In this document: piece by piece, positions 26,001 to 35,600 of the stretch
Layout of the letters: each line of letters starts with the position of its first letter
How positions within the stretch are numbered: position 1 is the stretch's first letter
IMG/VR virus record: IMGVR_UViG_3300010883_000006
Coordinates: 1-64,000 of that record
Strand: one strand, 5' to 3'
Source of the DNA: a virus
Taxonomy: Duplodnaviria; Caudoviricetes
Length of the DNA: 64,000 nt
The notes under the pieces: model-generated
Databases searched by the model: none
Seen by the model: the letters and a program-made list of their open reading frames with translations, nothing else
What the model was told of the DNA's origin: nothing
Translations under genes and position numbers: made by a program

Positions 26001-26462
26001 AGTGTCATAGAAAGCATAAATGTTAGTACAATTTGTTAAACCACTAGTTGTAGCCGTCACTGGAAAACAATTTTTAATTTTTCTTCCTCTAGAACCCCTA
26101 ACATCCGGCATGTCATACCAACAATCCCCAGATAATGGAGTACAATTAGGGCCATTACATGAACTACAAGGATTATTAGACCCTAATTCGTCAAACCACT
26201 GTGGACCTCCATTTTGATTGGATGTACTTTCAGTACTACCGTACGGATTAGGGTACCATCCACCAGGTCCTGGACCTTGTGGTGAAATCCCATCTACCCA
26301 CACTGAACTTGTTCGTCTATAATCATAGTCAGAATCGTCAGCGGAAAACTGAACAATTAAATCTGCGAGACCAAGAGCATTTTCTCTTAGCATTAATTCT
26401 TTTCCTTTATCAGTGAGAAAAAGTTCTAGTGTATTAAGTTTATTTAGTTTTAAAAACCCCAT
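23085..26462 (-). CDS. Large Cys/Gly-rich tail adhesin-like protein with vWA-like scaffold
   Basis: N-term LTDKGKELM..FSADDSDYDY; IYAFYDTTS and VMVVSIFDE blocks shared with the 3099-aa protein; GCPCxDGT..CC twice. Confidence 0.65.
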   Translation of the reverse strand: MGFLKLNKLNTLELFLTDKGKELMLRENALGLADLIVQFSADDSDYDYRRTSSVWVDGISPQGPGPGGWYPNPYGSTESTSNQNGGPQWFDELGSNNPCSSCNGPNCTPLSGDCWYDMPDVRGSRGRKIKNCFPVTATTSGLTNCTNIYAFYDTTSVFLEDAQAAKVGLQSWFSTLTASTITASAPDGSYTGKLFHIPVFGERWLNTAYYPWHGELDVVDYNGQGNSLGGFALSGAFGGLKDASGITPVAGITGLYLHCDNSQSTGNWAGFQDLPPGAIGSEGGSTAQGRRAEFYVTGCTKNNSTNCYFSTTGIETGVESPRSDQVSTPCDTEITEIGSIPKLIFSANSTTTVWRIDQPGWGTGANTWTSSPYVDKYGWWHYHTNLLANLSLYVDNTISYLSLTGTSYMENVNIPNNTATISWESDVGSGCKLNCCNTRENSGPFNYQLSGGTGGPLGTTVTGGTRLEGGSFGKDDDSLENTGSQFGCMECSPFDNFVPYETGHTYSLQNLQDVETFAEADGVVTSVTGQTSIRYYNLLGPCRKYKGGDKNVMVVSIFDETSPMTCNENSWGGVFPLDFKNVYNGNGVGDYSLHDFDQVSPGTMSLNRQKRRGYHSKGVYVTDPSTCPDPMNGPGCGGNDGYHGPYGCDGSVADNYPTNCEIVTGVHQNDWSAGGHPQPTMDYKYSQDLFMRTLPFYNSFAGFLYPVVKNISNARADFALHAYGAVMGTTVAVGDLIDNPTVQTNGGTFSAITKSNPYSTVNPLIYSRPLVPFSPVSAPAWAGGQSLYPGSFTPPSYINDGPSSVATGLPGLTNYNWGVSLAVGCTAHDGSAVGCSNCNLCCNSGDIFSGGTFDADLTEFVKGGSFKIITTTTGCTECQCLPAVFRNNKGPVVVIDDDGCPCADGTFDPICCVSTGGCPCPDGTYSPSCCVGDPGAGESICGPTPSAGQPGLRTTPHESPVAKRQGAPVSGESLRTNLNIQQQVNFEATLHQFAYMENGEQRIDYDVEFNSISTVNGSLIKENQGVFYWKVDDGVSSYDSKGNPMTRPCPQLEWASLNQRYSARGAYPFVFLNSYRDSTPTNWSHNKEEYCVTLGVHINNQVMMVNKRIRISGDNMYGWQLKMLT

Positions 26463-26474
26463 ATAGTTAACTTA

Positions 26475-28931
26475 TTAATAATCAATTTTAATCACGAATT
26501 GTTGAGCTCCTGTTCGTTTTTGTGGACTTTTTAATTTTGCTATAGCCATTAAATCTCTATCCTGGTCAAATAAACCTATTTCGGTTATCCTTACTTTGTC
26601 CGTTAAAGACCATGTCGGATTGGTTGATGTGGTAAACTGATTACTACTAATCCCTATATTATAACGCATTTCATATATTGTTGCCATAATGTCACTTTCT
26701 AAATTACCATAGAAGAAGTATTCGTCACCGAATTGTAGTACTCCAGGTTCTTGGTTATTATTTAAAGGAACATTAATATAATCATGTAAAGTGTAAGTGG
26801 TTGCCCCACTATACACATCATGATTTATATAGAAACTACAATTACTATTAATTAATTCACCCGCTGTTATAGGTGCCCCACTTGTATGGTTAGAAATTTG
26901 ACTTGTTATGTCATTCTCAACCCAACTACCTGGTGAAGGAGCTACCCCGTAAGCAGTTTTTTGCATCACAACTTTTAATTTATCTACTTGTACACCGGTA
27001 CCAGAATAAACACAAGATGCGTTATCATAAGGTCGTATATAAGGAAATTCTGGCCCAAAACCAAAAGTAACATCTCTTGCTCCAGATGATGTATCACCAA
27101 TAATGGTATTGTAATAGTTACAATGCATTCCTGATGTGAAACCAGAACTACTCTCTAACCTATAAGTAAAGTGTAACATTTCAGCGTCAGGTAAACCATT
27201 AAATAAACCAATTTCACTAACACTACCAGCACAATTAGTTGCTGCTGGTATTAATTCTAATTTTGGCATTGGCATAGTATAATTCCTATTAGACTTATAT
27301 GACATAGCAGCAACTAATTCTTGGTCGTCTATTGTTATAATTTGTAAGTCTGGCCATACCTTACCAACTCTATTAGGTACTGATGTTCTACCACTAGTAC
27401 TTGCTAGGTTATCATCCCATAGGTTGTAATATCTTATACCTGGTTCATTCATATCCGTGTTTGGTGTTGACGCTATAAATTGACATTGTGAAATACTATC
27501 TTCGTAACCTGGAGGACTCACATAGAATGTTTGTCCTATAGTACATTCATCACCTCTACCTGTACCATCGCCACTACCAGAATTACCACCTTTTTTCTTA
27601 TGCCACATTAAAGTAGGCATATGGATTTTAAAGTTTCTCATTTCACCAATCCCATTAAGTAATGTAAAGTTTGATTCTAAAGCAAATTTTTCACCGTAGA
27701 AATTAGAGATTGTTTGGTTGGTGTAGTGCATAATACCAATACATCTTTGTTCCGATGGTAATACTGTTCTTATTTTACCAAACGAATCTCTCATGTATGT
27801 ACCTGACATTTCTGGGTCATAACCAAGAACGTTGTTGGAGCCATAGTAGTCTGGCTTAGTATTACTATCAGTTTGTCCGTTATCACTATTATAACCTAAA
27901 TATTCTTTAGTGCTACAGTACCCAGTAGAACCATACCCATTAACATCTTCGTAGGTAGTGTTATTTACACCAGCAACCGTACCAGAATTAATACTACTAC
28001 CATCCCATTGTGTCCAGTTAATATTCATATTCCACACATTAACATCTTTAACTGACACATCACAATTATTATCGAAAGATAATGAACCTGGTGACCAGTA
28101 TGGTATAGGTGTATCCGCTCCGTAGAAATTTAACATTCCACCTGCTGGATAAACCACAACATGTGCACATCCTGTATTAGCACTAATTGCGTCACTAAAC
28201 ATTGAGTTTAAGTGGTACCAATTAAAATTAGGCAAATCTCTATCTACTGTTATGTTAACTGCTGAAGCAGTACTTCCAGATGTCACACCAGAAACCACAT
28301 TATAGAAAAGATATGGGGCAGAGTACCCTAAAGGTATGTCTAACCCGCCAGGATTACAACCAGGATTTAAGGAATTACCAACAAAAGGGTTTTGGTATTG
28401 TACCATTATTAAATCACCTACTTGTGGGTTATAATTAATACTATTACAACTTCCACTATATAATATCATTTGGGAACCTCCGGTCATTCCTGTTATTGGG
28501 AAACACCAGTTACTTGACTGGACATATGAACCATTAGTTATTGCTGAAAACCCTACACTAGTGTTACCACTAAAGAACCCTCTACTTCTAGCTCTATTAT
28601 ATACAGCGTTTTCGGTATGTGCAGGGGTTAAAATACCGTAAGTAGAACCCGTATTTGTTTCTAAGATAGGAACGGGATATTTTATATTCATTTTATTAAG
28701 TTCACAAGAAGAGTTAGAAATGTTCTGTGCGTTCCATTTTGGTTCTGTTATAAAGATACCTGGTGTTTGATTTAAGACATCTGTATAACAATCATAACAC
28801 ATTTCACTATCCCCTAGTTGGAATAGTGAAAGGGTTAAGTGACCTTGTGATAATTTTTTTCTACCTGCGTCCGTTAGTCTAACCCCTATTAGACCTGAAC
28901 TTCCGTTTTTTAATATATAACCTGTTCCCAT
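26475..28931 (-). CDS. Tail/baseplate structural protein
   Basis: N-term LTDAGRKKL..FQLGDSEMCY; C-term VRITEIGLFD..LMAIAKL. Confidence 0.7.
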   Translation of the reverse strand: MGTGYILKNGSSGLIGVRLTDAGRKKLSQGHLTLSLFQLGDSEMCYDCYTDVLNQTPGIFITEPKWNAQNISNSSCELNKMNIKYPVPILETNTGSTYGILTPAHTENAVYNRARSRGFFSGNTSVGFSAITNGSYVQSSNWCFPITGMTGGSQMILYSGSCNSINYNPQVGDLIMVQYQNPFVGNSLNPGCNPGGLDIPLGYSAPYLFYNVVSGVTSGSTASAVNITVDRDLPNFNWYHLNSMFSDAISANTGCAHVVVYPAGGMLNFYGADTPIPYWSPGSLSFDNNCDVSVKDVNVWNMNINWTQWDGSSINSGTVAGVNNTTYEDVNGYGSTGYCSTKEYLGYNSDNGQTDSNTKPDYYGSNNVLGYDPEMSGTYMRDSFGKIRTVLPSEQRCIGIMHYTNQTISNFYGEKFALESNFTLLNGIGEMRNFKIHMPTLMWHKKKGGNSGSGDGTGRGDECTIGQTFYVSPPGYEDSISQCQFIASTPNTDMNEPGIRYYNLWDDNLASTSGRTSVPNRVGKVWPDLQIITIDDQELVAAMSYKSNRNYTMPMPKLELIPAATNCAGSVSEIGLFNGLPDAEMLHFTYRLESSSGFTSGMHCNYYNTIIGDTSSGARDVTFGFGPEFPYIRPYDNASCVYSGTGVQVDKLKVVMQKTAYGVAPSPGSWVENDITSQISNHTSGAPITAGELINSNCSFYINHDVYSGATTYTLHDYINVPLNNNQEPGVLQFGDEYFFYGNLESDIMATIYEMRYNIGISSNQFTTSTNPTWSLTDKVRITEIGLFDQDRDLMAIAKLKSPQKRTGAQQFVIKIDY

Positions 28932-28944
28932 TTTATTTTTATTT

Positions 28945-28953
28945 TATAAATAT
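28945..28953 (-). promoter_or_regulatory. ATATTTATA putative phage promoter
   Basis: 13 nt upstream of ATG 28931. Confidence 0.6.
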
Positions 28954-28969
28954 TATAATTCTCCTTTTA

Positions 28970-31900
28970 TTAGTATGTAGAAGGAGAATTGTTATTGTTG
29001 TTTATGTTATTTCTCCTATTATCACTTGGTTTAAATGCCCCTGATTCATCATAGAACACAGATGCTGGCATTTCAAATGGATAACGTGAAGTAATGTTTA
29101 TTTTTGTTAAAGTCTTACCATTTAATAATTTGTAATCTCTAATTGATTTTATTTCGTACTCATATTTTCCTGGTTTGGGTACTGACGCCATTAAGTCCAC
29201 AGTTTGTATACCAAAAATATTTTTAGATAATGTCCCAATATCTTGTGATACAGTATTCCCAGAAAGGTCTATTACATCTAAAATTAACTTTTCATTAAAT
29301 TGGGGATTAGATAGGTATTCCACACTAACTCTTGGGTCTTTTCTATTAGCCACACCTCTCAATGAAATGTCTGTAACGTAGAATAAAGTTAATATGTCGT
29401 TTTCTTGTATTCCATCTGGTTCTGTCAATGTTAAAAATTGTACCGTCCTACCAGATACCCTAACAAAATCTGAACCATCCAATAGTGGTGAACCATTTAA
29501 TGCCATTCCTATAGCTCCTCTAGGGTTCAGTTTAGTTTGGTAGAAATAGTAATATAAGTTAGTATAGAAGCTATTTGGTTCTCCTATATTGTTAGTTGAA
29601 CCTGTGGGTATAGGTGACGGAATGGAGTAATTTTCCACATAATAAGATTGTGGTGTAGAACCTGGAACATAATAAATGTTCATAATGTCAAATTCCTCAA
29701 GTACATCAGGTGGAAAAGTAATTATTTGTGTTCCATTAAAGTAATAATCACCATCGGTCCATTGACTGTCTGAAGCTGGAAATAGAGTAAGCCCATTTAA
29801 AGTTAGTTGTATACTTCCAGCGGTTGGGTATTCTAGAACTATCGTATAAGGTGAACCTGAAACTAGTAGTGGGACTTCGGTTATTCCGGTTGTACTTCCT
29901 GAGGCGACTTGCACTTGTTGTGAATATAACCTCATATTACCAATGTCATCTGTATAGGTAAAATTACTAGTAGAGACATTAGGTAATGGTGGTGTAACAG
30001 GTGCCACAAAATAGAAATCAGTTTTTTTATCGTATATTCCGTATTGTGTTGATGGTCCACTATTTAAATCTAAACTGTCGTACCATGTCTGGTGGGTCAT
30101 CGCGGTAAATGGTTGGTACGTATCACATGAAGTTGTTAATATATTTTCTAATTTATCACTATACAAAAAACTAGGTTTTATCAAAAACTGATAATTACTC
30201 CCTATACCTAAAAAATTCGTATCTACACAATCACTAGCAGTTATTTTTTTACCTATAATTCTTCTACCATCATAAGAATCACTTATTTGTGTAGGTCTAT
30301 CAAATACCCTAGTTAATAAAGGTGTGGTAGAAAACTCATTTTCTGTTGCGTCATAGGGGTAGATACTGTACTTTGGGTACATGTTACCGTTAATCATATC
30401 AACAGTATTAGTTGTCCACTCAAAATTAAAATTAATACAACTAGTTAGTCCAGTTATCTGAACATCATTTAAAACATCGTAGTCTTTTGTTTTTACTTTT
30501 TCACCGTCAATATCGTTAAAAATTTTGGTTCCTCCGGTTAGTTTTATTTCTGGAAATTCAGTAGTTTGCATTTCTACTTTAATCGTTGGTCTTATTCTAG
30601 GCACTTCTGGTTTACCTACTTCTGCCTGATTAAATGAATTACCGTAATCCACACCGGTGGTATTTGTCATTTCTAACCCTACGGTATTTGGATTGTATAA
30701 ATCAAAAGTTTGAGATGTGTTTGGTCCCACATCTTCTAATCTAGATGTTACTGTTGTTTGAGTACCTGTAAGAGTTATATGGTAGAAATTAGTATTATCT
30801 TGTGAAATCTCCATATACCCAATTCTTTGGGCTCCCAAAAACTTTTGTAGTTCTTGTGGGTTAGAATAATTTTCCGCAGAAAGATTATTACCGACCCATG
30901 TGGTTTTATCTAATAAAGAAAAATTAATTTCATATGCTGGATTATAACCTACCACACTACCTAATGGGTGAGTAGAAGAACCAGTACCAAACGCATCTGT
31001 AATTTGTATTTTAAATTCTTCCCCTAGTGAACCATGCCTTTCTATCCTTACCCTTACACTTCCTTGTCCATTATAGTTACCTGTAGCAAATGGACTTTTA
31101 GTTTCATCATTTTTTAAAATTCTAGTACTTAAAAACCCACTTGGTGTGCTAGGACATGAGGAGTATTGTGGACATTCAGCAATAGGATTAGTGTTACCTG
31201 TAAAAGCGTAAGCTGACCCACTCATTCCATTATACCTTATTTCTGTCCCATTACCTGAACCGCTTGAATTAAATACAAATGATAAATCATATGATGTACC
31301 TGCTTTACCAAATAAACCATCACTATCACGCATAGCCGCTAACACAAAACCTATAGTGTCATCATCAGCCTCTGTGGAATTAATTGTAACCTCGTGCACA
31401 TAATTTGTATATTCACATAAACTCACCATACCAACAGGGTAGGCATTATTAAGTTGACTAGATAACCTTCCATTGGTTGCATTTAAAAAAGCTGAACTCA
31501 TTACACTAGTACCTGAACTACTTGTGGTTAATCCAGTAATTGTTGGGTACAGGGTGGGACTGCTAAGTGACCCACTTGTAAATGTATTAGCTGACAAATA
31601 ATGTGAAGCAACTGGATTACTTCTTCCTTCGTGTGTTGATGCGTCAAATGTTACCCATTTGAATTGACTGTTTGATACCATATCATATCCAACAAATTTG
31701 TTAATTAAAGGGTTCCAATAAAATTTACCAATTTCTTTAAGGTCTGTTGGTAAGGTGGAGACTGTAGCCGTAGGCCCTATATTCACACCTTCTTGTGTAG
31801 TTGCAGCAGAAACTCCCATATACCAGTTATACGTTGAGTCTGTTAATCTATTTTCTGTAGCCCCGGTATATAACCAAGCGTAGGGGTTATTCACATCTAT

Positions 31901-32629
31901 AGTACCATTTTTCAATAACCCGCTAGGGTAGGTAACGGTAGTACTACTAATTGCACCTGGACCTCTACCATTTACGAATGTAAGAAATCCCTTTGAGTGT
32001 GGTTGGTAAAATTCGTAATTATTGTTAATATATGAACCTGACAACCCAGTATATGAGGTAGCTATTTTACCATCTAGACAACCGCCTACACCTTCAATGG
32101 GTGTACTTACATACTTTACAGAATTACCATCATAAGCGGATAAAGTATAAAACCCTTGTGGTAAATCATCAAACACATAACTTTCATCACCTGACTTATT
32201 CCCAACATAAGTTTCAAATATATCACCATCCTTATATAATTTATAATAGAAAGGCCACTGAGTGTGGGTAAATCCAGATACTGTTATTTGACAAAATTTA
32301 TTAATATTATTAGTACAAGCACTAACTGTTGTTGACGCGGTAAAGGACACCGTTGGAGTTGCGGGTACCAGTATTACCGATGTAGACGCTGATAGTTTAG
32401 TGTCGGTTACTGTTCCACTATAAGGAGTACTCTCTAGATTAGTTAAAGTTAGTCCAGTAGTGGTATATGACCCTGCTGGGTTACCACCATTCCATACCAC
32501 AGTATAGGGTGGTGTTCCTCCAGTTACAGTGACATTAAATATACTTCCATTATCTAGTCCTTGGGTAGTTGGTGTAACTTCAAAAGACCTTATAAAGGGA
32601 GTTCCTGGTATGTAAGTACTTGTTGACAT
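28970..32629 (-). CDS. Tail fibre/adhesin-like protein with SprB-like and lectin-like modules
   Basis: VTGGTPPYTVVW (SprB-like); ADDDTIGFVL (thrombospondin C-terminal-like); two C-terminal LNG..L...D(Y/F)....F.....D.....Y beta modules. Confidence 0.6.
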   Translation of the reverse strand: MSTSTYIPGTPFIRSFEVTPTTQGLDNGSIFNVTVTGGTPPYTVVWNGGNPAGSYTTTGLTLTNLESTPYSGTVTDTKLSASTSVILVPATPTVSFTASTTVSACTNNINKFCQITVSGFTHTQWPFYYKLYKDGDIFETYVGNKSGDESYVFDDLPQGFYTLSAYDGNSVKYVSTPIEGVGGCLDGKIATSYTGLSGSYINNNYEFYQPHSKGFLTFVNGRGPGAISSTTVTYPSGLLKNGTIDVNNPYAWLYTGATENRLTDSTYNWYMGVSAATTQEGVNIGPTATVSTLPTDLKEIGKFYWNPLINKFVGYDMVSNSQFKWVTFDASTHEGRSNPVASHYLSANTFTSGSLSSPTLYPTITGLTTSSSGTSVMSSAFLNATNGRLSSQLNNAYPVGMVSLCEYTNYVHEVTINSTEADDDTIGFVLAAMRDSDGLFGKAGTSYDLSFVFNSSGSGNGTEIRYNGMSGSAYAFTGNTNPIAECPQYSSCPSTPSGFLSTRILKNDETKSPFATGNYNGQGSVRVRIERHGSLGEEFKIQITDAFGTGSSTHPLGSVVGYNPAYEINFSLLDKTTWVGNNLSAENYSNPQELQKFLGAQRIGYMEISQDNTNFYHITLTGTQTTVTSRLEDVGPNTSQTFDLYNPNTVGLEMTNTTGVDYGNSFNQAEVGKPEVPRIRPTIKVEMQTTEFPEIKLTGGTKIFNDIDGEKVKTKDYDVLNDVQITGLTSCINFNFEWTTNTVDMINGNMYPKYSIYPYDATENEFSTTPLLTRVFDRPTQISDSYDGRRIIGKKITASDCVDTNFLGIGSNYQFLIKPSFLYSDKLENILTTSCDTYQPFTAMTHQTWYDSLDLNSGPSTQYGIYDKKTDFYFVAPVTPPLPNVSTSNFTYTDDIGNMRLYSQQVQVASGSTTGITEVPLLVSGSPYTIVLEYPTAGSIQLTLNGLTLFPASDSQWTDGDYYFNGTQIITFPPDVLEEFDIMNIYYVPGSTPQSYYVENYSIPSPIPTGSTNNIGEPNSFYTNLYYYFYQTKLNPRGAIGMALNGSPLLDGSDFVRVSGRTVQFLTLTEPDGIQENDILTLFYVTDISLRGVANRKDPRVSVEYLSNPQFNEKLILDVIDLSGNTVSQDIGTLSKNIFGIQTVDLMASVPKPGKYEYEIKSIRDYKLLNGKTLTKINITSRYPFEMPASVFYDESGAFKPSDNRRNNINNNNNSPSTY

Positions 32630-32632
32630 TTA

Positions 32633-35600
32633 TTATATCTTTTTAGGTTGTTTATAGTCTTTACCTAAGACCACACCTCTTGGTTTATTGGTTGCTCCCC
32701 CGTATGTTAGTACTTGGTTACCCAATTTATTTAAAAGGTCCCTTTTATTTACTTCAGGTTCTGCACAACCATATATGTCGTCACCATACCCTCCTCTAGG
32801 GGAATACGCACAACACCATGTGTAACACCCTTCCATAGAATTTGGATTTATTTCGATGTAATCATTATTACCACATTGACAATATTTTTTCCTTAAAGGT
32901 GAATCAATAGGTGTCGAGATGTTATAACTACTAGATTTAATATCCGCTACTTTACCGTCAATGATAAGAGAATTATCTTTAAAGTATATTGTTTTATCTT
33001 CATCTGTTTTACAAGATTGTTTTACCACTTCGAATGTACTTCCGTTGAAGGCTTCTCTTGGGTTAGGGGTAACACTATACGTTGTAATTTCTTCAGTAAT
33101 GGTAGGTGTATAGGCCTTATACACTACCTGGGTTCTACCATTTCCTTTTGTCCTTATTCTATTTTGTAATAGTATTGTGTTTTTAGGGTTAGAAAATGGG
33201 TCATTTATTTGGTTGTCATTTGAGATAGGTAAATTCCAATAAAGTGAATTACAATTACGTCCACCACAATCTATAGTCACCATATCATCAGACTGTAAAT
33301 AATAGTCGGTTATTCTAGGTACACTATTAACCTTATCAAAGTTTTCAATAGCTTTTACCCAGTGGTTAGTAGGTTTATTAGTTTTAACTAACATTAATGG
33401 ACCAACATAATCTTTACTAGGTAGGTCTAAGAAAGTTAACCTATTAAAACTACGTACATTTATTGGGTTTTGAGAATACTTTACTTGAGTGGTTTTAGGT
33501 CTATGGACTATTGATAGTGTTCCTTGTTCTTGTAAACTCATCATAGTACTACCGCTTGAGTATATGTTTTTTCTACTTTTTTCTACTGAGTTCCACACCA
33601 TTTGTTGTGTACTTGTTACTCCGGTAGAGGGGTAGTGTGTTATTCTGTACCATGGTTTGTACACAACTTCTTTATTAGTATATTTGTCTTCACCTAGAGA
33701 TAAATCTACCCTACTACTATATCCACTATTAATATTTTTAGTTGTAGAATGGAATTCATTCTCAAATTTTAACCTTACCACATCCCCTTTATTTAGGTTT
33801 ACAACATCACTATCTAAATAGACCTCAAATTTTCTAGTAAACACACTGGTAGTACCACTACAATTATAATAATTAGTTAGGTTGTCTGTAGGTAAAACAT
33901 CTAAAGTTAAATGTTCGTCTGCACTTGGGTGGGTTAATTCATTAAGTCCAACAGTAAATTCAGTCATGGTAACCGCAGATGTGGTACCAGAAATAGTTTT
34001 TTCTAAATAAACCCTAGCTTTAAAGTTTTGTATTCCTTCACCAGGATTGTAACCAAACGTTGGGTTGGTTTGTTTTCTATATTTTTTAGTATTTGTATAT
34101 TTTTCTGCAACTTGACCTTCAGAGTACTGTAGGTCTTGTCCTTCACCTTGTGGACCACCTTGATATATGATTGCGGAATTTATTAATTCTTTGTATTGCA
34201 AATCATTAGTTGGGAATGTTCCTTGAGTTAAATCCCTATACACATTTAAGTAGTTACAATACCCATTATCTTCATAATTAAAGTATAAGCACGCTTTATA
34301 TTGGAATCTGTACCCAGTTGTTTCTGGTACTTCATAATATAAGTAATCCTTTGGTCCTCTCGGTAGGTTAATTGGACCACCCTTGTGATTTAAAACTGGT
34401 GGTAATATCATAGGTCTTACCCCATTATAGTCTGAACCTATAAATTTAACAAGGGGACCGGAAACTAATTCTTCTAAACCATCAGTACCCATTACTTCAA
34501 TAGGTGGCATTAAAGTATCACCAGAGTAATGTCTGTAGTTTGGAACTACGGTTGTTCCCGTAAAGGCAGAGAATGCAAAATGTAAATCAAAAACTAAATC
34601 TGAAGATAAACAATTACCTCTACTATCCGTATACCCACTAAGGTTGGTATACTCGGTATACACATCCGTAGTTAACGAACCTAACTTAACTACCCTACCT
34701 GTTAGTGAGGTTGTGGCGTCCTTATATCTTGTTCTAAATGACGACCAAGAACTATACGTTGACCCAAAAATTTCTTTGTTAGGGGAATCTATAGGTGACC
34801 AACCATTTTTTTGTTTAGTTCTAGGTGTCTTTCTTATCTCAAACCTATTAAAAGTACCATTTTCATTATACACTACTTTAGTATCACCAAAAATATTAGG
34901 ACCTACTGACCTAGTAATCCAATCACTCAATCCACCATACGTATCTTTAACCGTTTTTGTTGTAGTGTTTATATTTTGACTATAATCTATATTTCCAGTA
35001 ATACCACCATTTCCACCATATTTTATTGTTGTTTCTACATTACCAATTTGTTTAGTTCTTAAATTTCTTTCGAAGGAGTTTCTTTGGGTGTCGTCTAAAA
35101 ATTGTAATACCATTTTACCACTACCTAGTTTATCACTAATTTCTTGTAACCATTTTAATTGGGTTACTTCATTACCATCATTATCGTTAAATGTACCATA
35201 ACCAATATTAAATGTATTTTTACCATCTGGCATTGACATTACTGGTGTATTATATTCTATTTGATTATTAGTGTTAAAGTTAGGGTAATTTTCTACAATA
35301 TAGACTTGTGATTGACTTATCTCATAATTTCTAGGTTGCAAATTTTGTCCTGGAGCCGTTTCTTCTAGTATGTTCTCAACTGTTAATTTAACTGTCCCAC
35401 CCATTGATTGTAAATTAGACATACTTACACTTTCCGGTATTGTTGTGGTAGATTCTGGTAAACTACGAGCACTAGGATTATACGGACAAGGTTGTGTAGT
35501 TGGCACTACTGGAGTAGATGGAAATGATGGTGGGGACCAAGATGGAACATTAGGGATTATTTCAAACCCTAGTGGTGTGGACCCGTTACAATCTAATTGT

